NCBI GenBank assembly: GCA_038147085.1
Contig: JAYQSV010000001.1
Span: 810,578-874,577 of the forward strand
DNA: 64,000 nt
Source of the DNA: Candidatus Actinomarina sp.
GTDB lineage: Bacteria; Actinomycetota; Acidimicrobiia; Actinomarinales; Actinomarinaceae
Direction: 5' to 3'
Positions 52,231 through 61,444 of the stretch are shown here, one piece after another. Numbering within the stretch: the first letter of the stretch is position 1; each line of letters starts with the position of its first letter. The notes beneath the pieces were generated by a model that made no database searches, had not been told where the DNA came from, and saw nothing but the letters and a program-made list of their open reading frames with translations. Made by a program: the position numbers and the translations under genes.

Positions 52231-52636
52231 TTGCTAAAAGAATTTAGAAATTTTATTAACAGGGGTAATGTTGTTGAACTTGGCGTTGCTTTTGTAATGG
52301 GTGCTTCATTTAAGTCACTTGTAGATGTTTTTACGAATAGGCTTAGTTGAACCATTAATTGGACTTTTGATAAATCTACCAAGTTTAGATAATTTTGGCT
52401 TATTTGGTGATGTTGACCCAAGTTCTGGTGTAAGTGCTGGGAGCTTTGGTGCATTTCTTGGTGAAGTAATCAACTATACAATTATTGCATTCGTAATGTT
52501 TTTAGTAATAAAGGCTTACAACCACTTTGAAGATATGGTACAAGATGATGAAAATGAAGATGTTGTACCAGTTGATTCAAGAGAGGTTCAACTATTAAAA
52601 GAAATTCGAGACGGTATTAAAAAACTTAATTCTTAG
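52231..52636 (+). pseudogene. mscL: Large-conductance mechanosensitive channel MscL, reading frame interrupted by one extra nucleotide
   Basis: GGAGG then TTG 52231 gives (M)[38 protein letters not shown], then TGA at 52348. The +1 frame continues VEPLIGLL...AFVMFLVIKAY...LLKEIRD to 52636. The joined product aligns collinearly with MscL. Confidence 0.75.
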
Positions 52637-52650
52637 ATATACTCAACAAA

Positions 52651-54408
52651 GTGAATAATAGTTTAAGAGAGCTGTTTCTATACTCTCAACATCAAAAAAC
52701 GAAAACAAAACGTGGAATAATATTCTCTGTTCTAAATAAAGTCTTTGACTTAGCACCTCCTGTGTTAATTGGAATTGCTATTGATATTGTTGTCGAAGGT
52801 AGTGAATCTTTTCTTTCCAGTTTTGGGTTTGAAGATAGAAGACAACAACTCATTGTTTTAGCAATTCTCACATTTGTTATTTGGGGTCTAGAATCACTTT
52901 TTGATTATTTATCCGCAGTTACTTGGAGGGGTATATCACAAGATATTGAACATAGTTTAAGAACTGAAACGTTTAAAAATGTTTTAACGCTTGATATGAA
53001 ATATTTTGAAAATAAATCATCTGGAAGATTAATGGCTATCTTAAATGACGACGTTAACCAACTTGAACGATTTCTAGATACAGGTGCTAACAAGCTAATT
53101 CAAACAACAACTACAGTACTAGTAATTGGCGGTACATTCCTTTATATTTCTCCAATCATTGCTTTGTTTGCATTTATTCCAATTCCAGTAATAATTTTTG
53201 GATCGTTCAAATTTACATCAAAAATTGCATCTAGATATGAAAAGATTAGACAAACAATTGAAACCTTGAACTCTAACCTCTCTAATTCAATTTCTGGAAT
53301 ATTAAATGTTAAAAGTTTTACTAGGGAGAATAAAGAATTAGAGAGAATTACTGATTCATCTTTAGAAGTTAAATCAGCAAATTATCACGCAATTAAATTA
53401 TCTGCTGCTTTTATACCAATTATTAGAATTGCTATTTTATTTGGATTTACTGCAACATTATTAATTGGTGGTTTTTTAGCATTAGATGGAGAAATCAAAG
53501 TAGCTATGTATTCTGTACTACTTTTTATAACACAACGACTCCTTTGGCCACTAACAGAACTCGGCGATACATTTGATTTATACCAACGTGCTATGGCTTC
53601 ATTTAGAAGGATCTATTCTTTAAAAACTGAAATACCTGAAATTCAAGATGGAGATATAAAGTTTGAAAAGTTAGAAAATCAAATTTCTTTACAAGACGTA
53701 AATTTTTCGTATGTTGAAAACTTTAAAGTTTTGAACCAAGTTTCGTTAAATATCAAAAGTGGTCACACAACAGCAATTGTTGGAAGTACGGGTTCTGGAA
53801 AATCTACCTTAATAAAACTACTGTTACGACTTTATGAAATTAACTCTGGGAAAATTTTATATGATGATACAGAGTTAAAAGATTTTAAACTCTCAACTTT
53901 AAGGGAAAAAATTGGACTAGTTAGTCAGGACGTTTTCTTATTTGAAGGAACTGTTTTTGAAAACATCGCTTATGGAAATCTAAATGCAACTGAAGAAGAA
54001 ATATGGGATGCTGCAAAACAATCAGAAGCCATTGACTTCATTAAAGATTTACCAAATATGGAAAATACGATTGTTGGTGAGAGAGGACAGAAACTTTCAG
54101 GCGGTCAACGACAAAGAATATCTATTGCTAGAGCAATATTAAAAAATCCTGAAATATTAATTTTAGATGAAGCAACATCTTCAGTAGATAATGAAACTGA
54201 AGCTGCAATTCAGAGATCACTTGACGTTTTAAAACAAGATAGAACCGTCATTGTTATAGCACACCGATTATCAACTATTAGAAACGCTGACTGTATATAT
54301 GTATTAGAAAATGGAGTAGTAACCGAAACTGGCACTCATGATGAGTTGGTTAATCTTGGTGGAGTCTATAAAGGTCTTTGGTCAGTACAAACAGGTGAAA
54401 GAGCTTAA
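52651..54408 (+). CDS. ABC exporter, fused permease/ATPase (MsbA/MdlB-like)
   Basis: Six-TM N-terminal domain. Walker A GSTGSGKST, signature LSGGQRQR, Walker B ILILDEATS. Confidence 0.9.
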   Translation: MNNSLRELFLYSQHQKTKTKRGIIFSVLNKVFDLAPPVLIGIAIDIVVEGSESFLSSFGFEDRRQQLIVLAILTFVIWGLESLFDYLSAVTWRGISQDIEHSLRTETFKNVLTLDMKYFENKSSGRLMAILNDDVNQLERFLDTGANKLIQTTTTVLVIGGTFLYISPIIALFAFIPIPVIIFGSFKFTSKIASRYEKIRQTIETLNSNLSNSISGILNVKSFTRENKELERITDSSLEVKSANYHAIKLSAAFIPIIRIAILFGFTATLLIGGFLALDGEIKVAMYSVLLFITQRLLWPLTELGDTFDLYQRAMASFRRIYSLKTEIPEIQDGDIKFEKLENQISLQDVNFSYVENFKVLNQVSLNIKSGHTTAIVGSTGSGKSTLIKLLLRLYEINSGKILYDDTELKDFKLSTLREKIGLVSQDVFLFEGTVFENIAYGNLNATEEEIWDAAKQSEAIDFIKDLPNMENTIVGERGQKLSGGQRQRISIARAILKNPEILILDEATSSVDNETEAAIQRSLDVLKQDRTVIVIAHRLSTIRNADCIYVLENGVVTETGTHDELVNLGGVYKGLWSVQTGERA

Positions 54409-55583
54409 GAGACTTTACTAGCTATATACTCTCCTATTGCAAACGATGAAGTAGCTGCAGGTGATGGAGCATTAAGTACATGTAGCGAATTATCTTTTGA
54501 CTCAAAAACAAAATCATCTACTAAATTACCATTACTATCAACTGCTTGAGCTCTAACACCGGAAACTCTTGGTGTGAGGTCATTTGCATTAATATCTGGA
54601 ATAAATTTAGAAATTTCAGATAAGAAAACTTTTTTATTTAATGATCTATACATTTCACTTATACCAGTTTTCAAATACTTTCTACCCAGCTTCCACATTC
54701 CTTTATAACTAATCGTTGACGCAAACTCTTTTACATTAAAAGTTGACCAATCATATCCTTCCTTTGCAAAAGCTAACACTGCATTTGGACCTGCTTCAAT
54801 ATTTCCATCTATTGTTTTTGTTAAGTGAATCCCAAGAAAAGGTAAATTAGGATCAGCAATTGGATAAATCATATTATTGACATAATTTGATTTTTTAGCA
54901 TCAATCGTAAAATATTCTCCTCTGAATGGAATAATTTGTAAATTTGGTTCTAAATTATCTAGTTTTGCAACAGTATCAGAATATAAACCTGCGCAATTAA
55001 TTAAAAAATCAGTTTCAAATTGATTTTCTGAAGTAAAAATTTTTTTGAGATTGCCATTATCTTCAATTGCATTAACTTGATTGAAATATTTTACTTCTCC
55101 ACCTAAAGAGAGAAATTTTGAAATAATTTTTTCAGTCACAACTTTATAATCAACAACACCTGCCTGAGGAACGAAAAGTGCTGTTTCAAATTTACAATGT
55201 GGTTCTTTTTCTAAAATTTCTTTTTTATCAAAGATGGAGACACCTTCCATCCCTAAATTTTGTGCTCTTTCAAATAAATCTTCAATTTTAGATATTTGAT
55301 TATCTACAACAAGCTTGCCTTCTACTCTATTTGGAACTTTTTCAACATCGATAAACTCTAGTAAGAGCTCTCTACCTCTAATACATAAATTCGATTTAAG
55401 TGAATTGGGTTTGTAATAAATTCCTGAATGAATGACACCTGAGTTTCTTCCAGATTGGTGCAAACCTGGTGATTTTTCTTTTTCTAGAATTAAAACTTGA
55501 TGACCTTGTTTTTTTAACTCTAATGCAGTAGAGGCACCAACAATGCCAGCACCGATAACAATATAATCATAAGAGTTATTCAT
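54405..55583 (-). CDS. lhgO: FAD-dependent L-2-hydroxyglutarate oxidase/dehydrogenase (LhgO-like)
   Basis: GAGIVGAS dinucleotide motif and HQSGRNSGVIHSGIYYKPNSLK, typical of LhgO. Confidence 0.75.
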   Translation of the reverse strand: MNNSYDYIVIGAGIVGASTALELKKQGHQVLILEKEKSPGLHQSGRNSGVIHSGIYYKPNSLKSNLCIRGRELLLEFIDVEKVPNRVEGKLVVDNQISKIEDLFERAQNLGMEGVSIFDKKEILEKEPHCKFETALFVPQAGVVDYKVVTEKIISKFLSLGGEVKYFNQVNAIEDNGNLKKIFTSENQFETDFLINCAGLYSDTVAKLDNLEPNLQIIPFRGEYFTIDAKKSNYVNNMIYPIADPNLPFLGIHLTKTIDGNIEAGPNAVLAFAKEGYDWSTFNVKEFASTISYKGMWKLGRKYLKTGISEMYRSLNKKVFLSEISKFIPDINANDLTPRVSGVRAQAVDSNGNLVDDFVFESKDNSLHVLNAPSPAATSSFAIGEYIASKVS

Positions 55584-55586
55584 TTT

Positions 55587-55922
55587 TGGTGGAGGTGCGG
55601 GGAGTCGAACCCCGGTCCTTCCAAGCTACCTAACAGCTTCTCCGAGTGCATCCGATGATATACTAACAGGCTAGTCACCGGAACCTATGACCTGCTAGGT
55701 TTACCTAAATCTTAAAAGTTAGTCGGTATCCTAACTCAGCATCCCACATTGCGACGCCATTGCTATCCGAGGTGGGAGCCCCGATAGGTGACGAGCAGCT
55801 TATGCTGCTAAAGCCAACTTAGGTTTGGCAGTTATATTTTTTTCCTACGTTTTTAACGAGGCCCTAGGACCCTCGACTCGCTACTGAGAGACTCACTTCA
55901 AAGTCGAAGCCAGTTCACCCCC
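55587..55922 (-). ncRNA. ssrA: tmRNA (SsrA)
   Basis: 5' GGGGGUGAACUGGCUUCGAC pairs with 3' ...CGGGGUUCGACUCCCCGCACCUCCACCA, with a G3:U wobble and an encoded CCA. The internal tag ORF GCC AAA CCU AAG UUG GCU UUA GCA GCA UAA (55829-55800) encodes AKPKLALAA. Confidence 0.9.
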
Positions 55923-55974
55923 ATACTCTTTAATAAGCTATAAAATTATACTTGACGTTTAAGGATTTTAAAAT

Positions 55975-56619
55975 ATGAAAATTAATAAACAAGAATTTCA
56001 ACTTGGAGAAGTTGCTGAAGTAATTTTAGATTCACAAGATAACGATGGACTAATTTTTGTACCAAAAAATATTGAACTAAAACTTACAATTGAAAACTAT
56101 TTTGGAAAAATTTTAATCAATACTGTTGATATATACACAAGAGAAAACGAGTTACAACTTTCAAAAGCTGGAATAGAGCAAAGATTAGGTAATTTAGACA
56201 TTAAATTACTCGATCGATATTTATTTAAATCTCTCTCTGACAAAAGTGGTATCGCATACTCCCCTTACCACTATTTTCCAGAATATGATTTTTCTGTTTT
56301 TGAAAAAAATAGGCGTCCTTCTGATTTAGATTGGGCGATGCTTGCAACTTTATATATATTCAGTTGTAACGTATTGCCAACTACAGTCAAAATTGAGCTA
56401 GCAATGGCAAAATACCTAAGAATATCTGAAGAAAACTTTAAACGTTTTCTGAAAAAAATTCCACCAACTTTATTTATGAAATCAGGTCATTCTGACTCAA
56501 GAGGTGGAAACGTTTCTTTTGATGCAGAGATTTTAATTAAAAATTATTTAGGAAATGCATCAAATAGTTACGAAGAAAATCCTTATTTGAAGTTCTATTC
56601 AGATTCAGATTTAGCTTGA
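55975..56619 (+). CDS. Hypothetical protein, no recognisable domain
   Basis: 214-aa ORF filling otherwise empty space. 25-nt convergent overlap with the next gene. Confidence 0.5.
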   Translation: MKINKQEFQLGEVAEVILDSQDNDGLIFVPKNIELKLTIENYFGKILINTVDIYTRENELQLSKAGIEQRLGNLDIKLLDRYLFKSLSDKSGIAYSPYHYFPEYDFSVFEKNRRPSDLDWAMLATLYIFSCNVLPTTVKIELAMAKYLRISEENFKRFLKKIPPTLFMKSGHSDSRGGNVSFDAEILIKNYLGNASNSYEENPYLKFYSDSDLA

Positions 56620-57035
56620 GGTCTAACCATAGATAAAATCTTTAAAGGTTTTATTTTCCAAATTTCTCTTGATTTAATATTTTTTTCTTCCCAAGTCTCA
56701 TTTATTTCTCTTTTATAAGGTTTCCCTGTGTAACGAATTGATAATTTATCAATATGATCATTTGCTTCTTTAGTTTCAACTATATGTTCCACTACTCCTC
56801 TAACTTCCCAGCTTGAATACATGGCTGATGGATGAAAAACTACAACAGAAATATTAGAATTTGTTCTGATGTTTTCTGTTTTTTTTCTATCTTTTTCTGT
56901 ATTGATCAATAAATAATTCTCTTCAAAATCTATCCACATTAAATGTGTTTGTATTTGATGATTGGATAAATGAGTTGATATCGCACAAAACGCATTATTA
57001 TTAATTGAATTTTTTAACTCAATTGGTAATTCCAT
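56595..57035 (-). CDS. Pyridoxamine 5'-phosphate oxidase-fold (PPOX/F420-dependent class) protein
   Basis: 146 aa. The split-barrel-like pattern (...THLMWIDFEENYLLINT...ISVVVF...) resembles PPOX-class proteins. Confidence 0.6.
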   Translation of the reverse strand: MELPIELKNSINNNAFCAISTHLSNHQIQTHLMWIDFEENYLLINTEKDRKKTENIRTNSNISVVVFHPSAMYSSWEVRGVVEHIVETKEANDHIDKLSIRYTGKPYKREINETWEEKNIKSREIWKIKPLKILSMVRPQAKSESE

Positions 57036-57119
57036 TAAGAAACATTTTAATTAAATATTTTTAATTTACATTTTTAAAGCATTAAGAAAATAAATGAATT
57101 TCTTTTATAACATAGTGCT

Positions 57120-58262
57120 ATGAACCAAAATATAAAAACATTAATATTATTAGGTTTTCTTTTTGTTTTAAGTTTTTTTGCGTTTAATTATTTCATCAAT
57201 ACTAATGAAGCAACAGATGAAATACCTCCACAACCAGAACAATTAACAACAACTACCGCAGTGGCAATAGAAAAAAATAAAGAAACTTTTGATTATTTTG
57301 AAATATCATTTGATGATTACATTAATTCTTTATTCGTAGGATTAGACAATAGTTGTGAAAAAGTTGGTAGTTGGTACAGCTTAACTGATAATTGTATAAA
57401 ACAATGGTCATTAATACTAACTCAAATCGACGAATCTAAAGCTAAATATTTGCAATATTCTGAAAATGCTAGAAATTATTTTGTTAACAACTATCAAAAT
57501 TTAACTAGAGAAGAACTCGAAAACATCACTCCAATCTTTTTAATTGATGAGAAAATTAACCGTTTTAGCGAACAACTAATTGAAGTTGAAAATGTAATTT
57601 TGAGCAAATCCAATCAATCAGATAACTCAACAGTAATATTTTTATCAAGTGATTCAATTGAATCAGCTAGAGACATCGGAAATAAAGATCTTTTAACTGG
57701 ATGCTATATTGACGAACCAAATCAAGAGAATGATGAGGAATGGAAATTAGTTGATAATGTCAACCTTAGAGATAGTAAAAAAATTAATTACGCTTTAAAA
57801 ATTCAATCTGAAATTAATTTAGACCCATTATGTATGAAAAATCTACTTTTTTTAATTTTAAATAATGAAAAAGGATGGACAAATGTAACAGGTAAAGGAT
57901 TTCAGTTAACAAGTGTAGAGGATAGTGATTTTGTTTTTATTTTTGCAACACCAGAAAAAACTGATGAACTTTGTTATCCACTTGAGACTAATGGAATCTA
58001 CTCATGTAGAAATGAGTCAGAAATAATAATAAATAATTTTAGATGGAAAGAAGGAGCTGCAGATTTTGGCAAAGATATTGAAACATATAGGCTGTATTTA
58101 ATAAATCATGAAGCAGGTCATTTGCTTGGCTGGCAACATAATGAGTGTCCAAAAGAAGGAGCTATTGCACCAGTGATGATGCAACAAAGTAAGGGAACAA
58201 ATGGTTGCTTGCCTTATGGTTGGCCAGTTTATGAAATAGTATCTGCCAACTTTGATGATTGA
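57120..58262 (+). CDS. Membrane-anchored HExxH protein (DUF3152-like putative metallopeptidase)
   Basis: N-terminal TM anchor, QLTTTTAVA linker and a C-terminal INHEAGHLLGWQHNEC motif. Confidence 0.55.
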   Translation: MNQNIKTLILLGFLFVLSFFAFNYFINTNEATDEIPPQPEQLTTTTAVAIEKNKETFDYFEISFDDYINSLFVGLDNSCEKVGSWYSLTDNCIKQWSLILTQIDESKAKYLQYSENARNYFVNNYQNLTREELENITPIFLIDEKINRFSEQLIEVENVILSKSNQSDNSTVIFLSSDSIESARDIGNKDLLTGCYIDEPNQENDEEWKLVDNVNLRDSKKINYALKIQSEINLDPLCMKNLLFLILNNEKGWTNVTGKGFQLTSVEDSDFVFIFATPEKTDELCYPLETNGIYSCRNESEIIINNFRWKEGAADFGKDIETYRLYLINHEAGHLLGWQHNECPKEGAIAPVMMQQSKGTNGCLPYGWPVYEIVSANFDD

Positions 58263-58352
58263 GATTTAGTTATTGGTGCCAGCCTAAACAACTAAATTTG
58301 TAATATAATTATTGTCTTAAACATTTTTTATTACAACAGGTTTTTTAAAATT

Positions 58353-59276
58353 TTATAACGCTGGAGAAGCATCCCCATCTAAAATCTTTTTAATATTTTG
58401 AACTGTGTCTAATCCTGCTTTAAGTTGGGCTTCAATCGTTGATGCTCCAATATGAGGAGTTATTAAAATATCTGAGTCCAATATTTTATTGTTTACTTCG
58501 ATAGGTTCCTTTTCGAATACATCTAAGGCTGCTCCAAATATTTTATTTGAATTTACAAGTTCAACTAAATACTCTTCATCAATAACGCCTCCTCTTGAAG
58601 TATTAACTAATATTGCATTAGGCTTTAGAAGATTAAGCTTTTCTTTTGATAACAAGTTTTCAGTTTGAGGAGTTTTAATAACATGCACAGATACAACATC
58701 TGAACTACTTAATAAATATTCAAGATCAACACTCTCTTCTTCACCTTCCCAATCAGTAACAAAAGGGTCATAAAAAACTACTTTCATACCAAAACTTTTT
58801 AATCTCTCAGATAATAATTTTCCAGCTTTTCCAAACCCAATAATTCCAAGTTGTTTTTCATGTAATTCAAGACCAACGAATTTACTTTTTTCCCATTTTC
58901 CAGATTTTGTGCTTGCATTAGCATCATAAATTTTTCTAATTGTTGAAAGGATTAGTCCAATTGTATGTTCGACAAGTGAAATTAAATTAGCAGTTGGTGC
59001 GTTGGTAACATAAATTTCTCTAGACTTGGCATACTCGACATCTACGTTATCTACTCCAACACCACATCTAGCAATAATTTTTATATTTTTTGCATGTTCT
59101 AAAATATCTTTTGTCAAAGTTGTAGCACTTCTAATTACTACTATTTCTGCATCAACAATATGTGATGAAAGTTCTTCATCCTTATTTGACGAACCAGAGA
59201 TATCTGTAATTTCTCCTAGCTCGATTAGTTTATTTAAAACTACTTCTTGAAGCTGGTCACAGACCAATATTTTCAT
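58353..59276 (-). CDS. D-isomer-specific 2-hydroxyacid dehydrogenase (short D-3-phosphoglycerate dehydrogenase-like)
   Basis: NAD motif GIIGFGKAG, catalytic region NTSRGG...ALDVF..EP and PHIGAST. Confidence 0.8.
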   Translation of the reverse strand: MKILVCDQLQEVVLNKLIELGEITDISGSSNKDEELSSHIVDAEIVVIRSATTLTKDILEHAKNIKIIARCGVGVDNVDVEYAKSREIYVTNAPTANLISLVEHTIGLILSTIRKIYDANASTKSGKWEKSKFVGLELHEKQLGIIGFGKAGKLLSERLKSFGMKVVFYDPFVTDWEGEEESVDLEYLLSSSDVVSVHVIKTPQTENLLSKEKLNLLKPNAILVNTSRGGVIDEEYLVELVNSNKIFGAALDVFEKEPIEVNNKILDSDILITPHIGASTIEAQLKAGLDTVQNIKKILDGDASPAL

Positions 59277-60067
59277 GCAACACCTTTTAATTTTTCAAGC
59301 GCAAGATTATGTAGTTCTGCTGAAGCTGAAGCTAAAACATAAACTAATTTATCTTCAAACTTAAGTTTATTTCCTTCCCAATCTGTAATGATACCACCAG
59401 CCCCTTCAACTACTCTAACTAGAGGTAGGTAATCATGTGGTGCTGTAAGTCTTTCAGCAACAATATCTATATAACCACTAGCTAGTAGACCATAGTTGTA
59501 ACAATCACTTCCAGTGGTCGTAACTTTTACTGATTGTTCAAGTGATTGATAAGCCCTCCATTTCTGATATCCAAATTCGTGACTTGAGGTTGTTGCCATA
59601 ACTGCATCTTCGAGTTTTGTAACTGGTTTACATTTAACCTGTTTACCATTTACATATGTTTCTGAATCCTTAAACGATATCCATCTTTCTTCTAATGCTG
59701 GACAATCAATAACACCACCAATTAATTCTTCATTATTTCTTAGAGCAATTAAGGTTCCAAAATCATACTTTCCAGCAATAAAACTTCTAGTTCCGTCGAT
59801 TGGGTCAATATACCAAGTATATTGTGATGAAGTTTGATGATCTTTAAACTCTTCTCCAACAATATTATGTTCAGGATAAATTTCATTAATTCTTGCTCTA
59901 ATGAACTCTTCTATTTCCTGATCGGCAAGTGTTACTGGACTAAGGTCGCCTTTAAGAGAAAGATCTCTAATTTGACGAAAATATTTTAATGCAATCTCTC
60001 CAGATTCATCTAGGACAGTATTAATAAATGCTGTAAATTCATTTGATTTATTGTCGTCAATAGTCAT
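59273..60067 (-). CDS. Inositol monophosphatase family protein (possibly histidinol-phosphatase HisN-type)
   Basis: GEE...WYIDPIDGT and the later WD motif region of the IMPase fold. ATGA overlap with the downstream dehydrogenase. Confidence 0.8.
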   Translation of the reverse strand: MTIDDNKSNEFTAFINTVLDESGEIALKYFRQIRDLSLKGDLSPVTLADQEIEEFIRARINEIYPEHNIVGEEFKDHQTSSQYTWYIDPIDGTRSFIAGKYDFGTLIALRNNEELIGGVIDCPALEERWISFKDSETYVNGKQVKCKPVTKLEDAVMATTSSHEFGYQKWRAYQSLEQSVKVTTTGSDCYNYGLLASGYIDIVAERLTAPHDYLPLVRVVEGAGGIITDWEGNKLKFEDKLVYVLASASAELHNLALEKLKGVA

Positions 60068-60096
60068 TTGTATAAAGATAAATTAAAATAAAAGAT

Positions 60097-60531
60097 ATGG
60101 ATGAAGAAAACAATAAAAATAATTCAACAGTTAACCAGCCAGATAAATTAATTCGTATTGCGTCAATGACACGAGCTATGTTAGAGGAAGTAAGAAGAGC
60201 GCCTATTGATGAAACTGGAAGAAACCTTTTAGTTGAAGTTCATGAAAGGTCATTGAACGAACTAAAAGAAATAATTTCTGATGATCTTAAAGAAGAACTT
60301 GAAACCATTTTTTTACCTCTAAAGGATGAACAAATTTCTGAAAGTTCAGTCCGTATTGCTCAAGCACAATTAGTTGGTTGGCTTGAAGGATTGTTTCATG
60401 GAATTCAAGCATCTCTATTTTCACAAGAAGCTTTGGCACGGGCAAAATTTGCTGAAATGAGAACTCAAGCTATAGAAGCTAAGAGTTCAGATGATCAAGA
60501 CGAAAGACCTGGTCAGTATCTTTTTAATTAA
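60097..60531 (+). CDS. bpa: Bacterial proteasome activator Bpa/PafE homolog
   Basis: RIAQAQLVGWLEGLFHGIQ is nearly identical to the M. tuberculosis Rv3780 core as I recall it. The C-terminal region reads PGQYLFN. Confidence 0.8.
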   Translation: MDEENNKNNSTVNQPDKLIRIASMTRAMLEEVRRAPIDETGRNLLVEVHERSLNELKEIISDDLKEELETIFLPLKDEQISESSVRIAQAQLVGWLEGLFHGIQASLFSQEALARAKFAEMRTQAIEAKSSDDQDERPGQYLFN

Positions 60532-60782
60532 ATTAAATTTAAATCTTTAAGTTTTTCTTCTAATTCTGGATCACTAGGTTCAACCAAAAAAGAATCATCT
60601 TCAAATACAATTGTGGGTATTCTTCTTTGTTGGTTTTGTAAAACTTTAATATATTCATTAGCTTCTAAATCATTATCAACATTAATTTCAGTGTATGCAA
60701 TATTGTGCTTTTTTAATAGCGCTTTAGATCTAACACAATCTCCACACCAATCAGTTGAATAAAAAATAATCTTTGAGCTCAT
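60528..60782 (-). CDS. Mycoredoxin/glutaredoxin-like protein
   Basis: 84 aa, active site WCGDC and a thioredoxin-fold pattern RIPTIVFEDDSFLVEPS. Confidence 0.75.
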   Translation of the reverse strand: MSSKIIFYSTDWCGDCVRSKALLKKHNIAYTEINVDNDLEANEYIKVLQNQQRRIPTIVFEDDSFLVEPSDPELEEKLKDLNLI

Positions 60783-61039
60783 GAATTACTTTGGAATGGA
60801 TCTAACAGCATATTTAATACTTCAGAAATTCCTGACAAACTTTCAAATGCAGAATCTAATTCATTGATTGTGTTAATAGCTGAATCAAGTTTTGGGAGTA
60901 TTTCTCTAATGTCAGCAATGACACTTAAAGCATCTTGTATAGCTGAGGATATTGCACCTAATTCAAGGTAAACAAAATAGCCAGCAGCCAATAACATTGA
61001 AATTATTAGAACTTGTAAAAAAAGAACTATTCTTAACAA
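60779..61039 (-). CDS. Small membrane-anchored helical protein of unknown function
   Basis: 86 aa with one N-terminal TM segment and then an amphipathic helical region. Tightly packed between trxA and the mycoredoxin gene. Confidence 0.4.
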   Translation of the reverse strand: MLRIVLFLQVLIISMLLAAGYFVYLELGAISSAIQDALSVIADIREILPKLDSAINTINELDSAFESLSGISEVLNMLLDPFQSNS

Positions 61040-61348
61040 TTAGAGTAACGCAGTAACTTTAGCTTTGATTGTTTCTTTAGGTTGGACTCCAACAAATCTT
61101 TCTTTAACTTCTCCACCTTTTAACATAACTACTGTTGGAACTCCCATAACACCATTTGCTCCAGCAATTTCTGGATATTGGTCTACATCTAATTTAACAA
61201 ATTCTACACCATCAACTTCAGAAGAGATTTCATCTAAAATCGGACTTAATATTTTACATGGACCACACCAAGTTGCATGGAAATCAATAACAACAGGTGA
61301 ATCGGAATTTAATAACTCTGAATATTCTTGAGCATTTATATCTTTCAT
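61040..61348 (-). CDS. trxA: Thioredoxin
   Basis: WCGPCK active site, 102 aa. Confidence 0.92.
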   Translation of the reverse strand: MKDINAQEYSELLNSDSPVVIDFHATWCGPCKILSPILDEISSEVDGVEFVKLDVDQYPEIAGANGVMGVPTVVMLKGGEVKERFVGVQPKETIKAKVTALL

Positions 61349-61444
61349 TTATTCTCCTTAATTGTTTAATTATTTTATTGTATTTTTGTTTATACATGTA
61401 AATATCTAAGAAAATAAATATATAAAATTATTTATACTGATGAG

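Noticed and set aside
52345-52350. Reading the in-frame TGA in mscL as a sense codon (alternative genetic code).
   Set aside because: TGA clearly functions as a stop elsewhere in the window, for example at the response-regulator/kinase ATGACTGA junction and the sodX/Cys-rich ORF ATGAGTGA junction. The downstream MscL sequence is in a different frame, so readthrough would not rescue it.
52176-52454. N-terminal 93 codons of the track ORF 50772-52454 (MHQSSQHLHQNLGQHH…).
   Set aside because: This extension runs antisense across the mscL ribosome-binding site and N-terminus. It has no protein-like features, and a textbook lipoprotein signal peptide begins at the internal Met (52175).
58263-58352. 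Weak hairpins (atttagtt…aactaaat and aaac…gttt) in the convergent spacer after the DUF3152-like gene.
   Set aside because: The stems are only 4-8 bp, with long loops and AT-only pairing. They are not distinguishable from chance in this composition.
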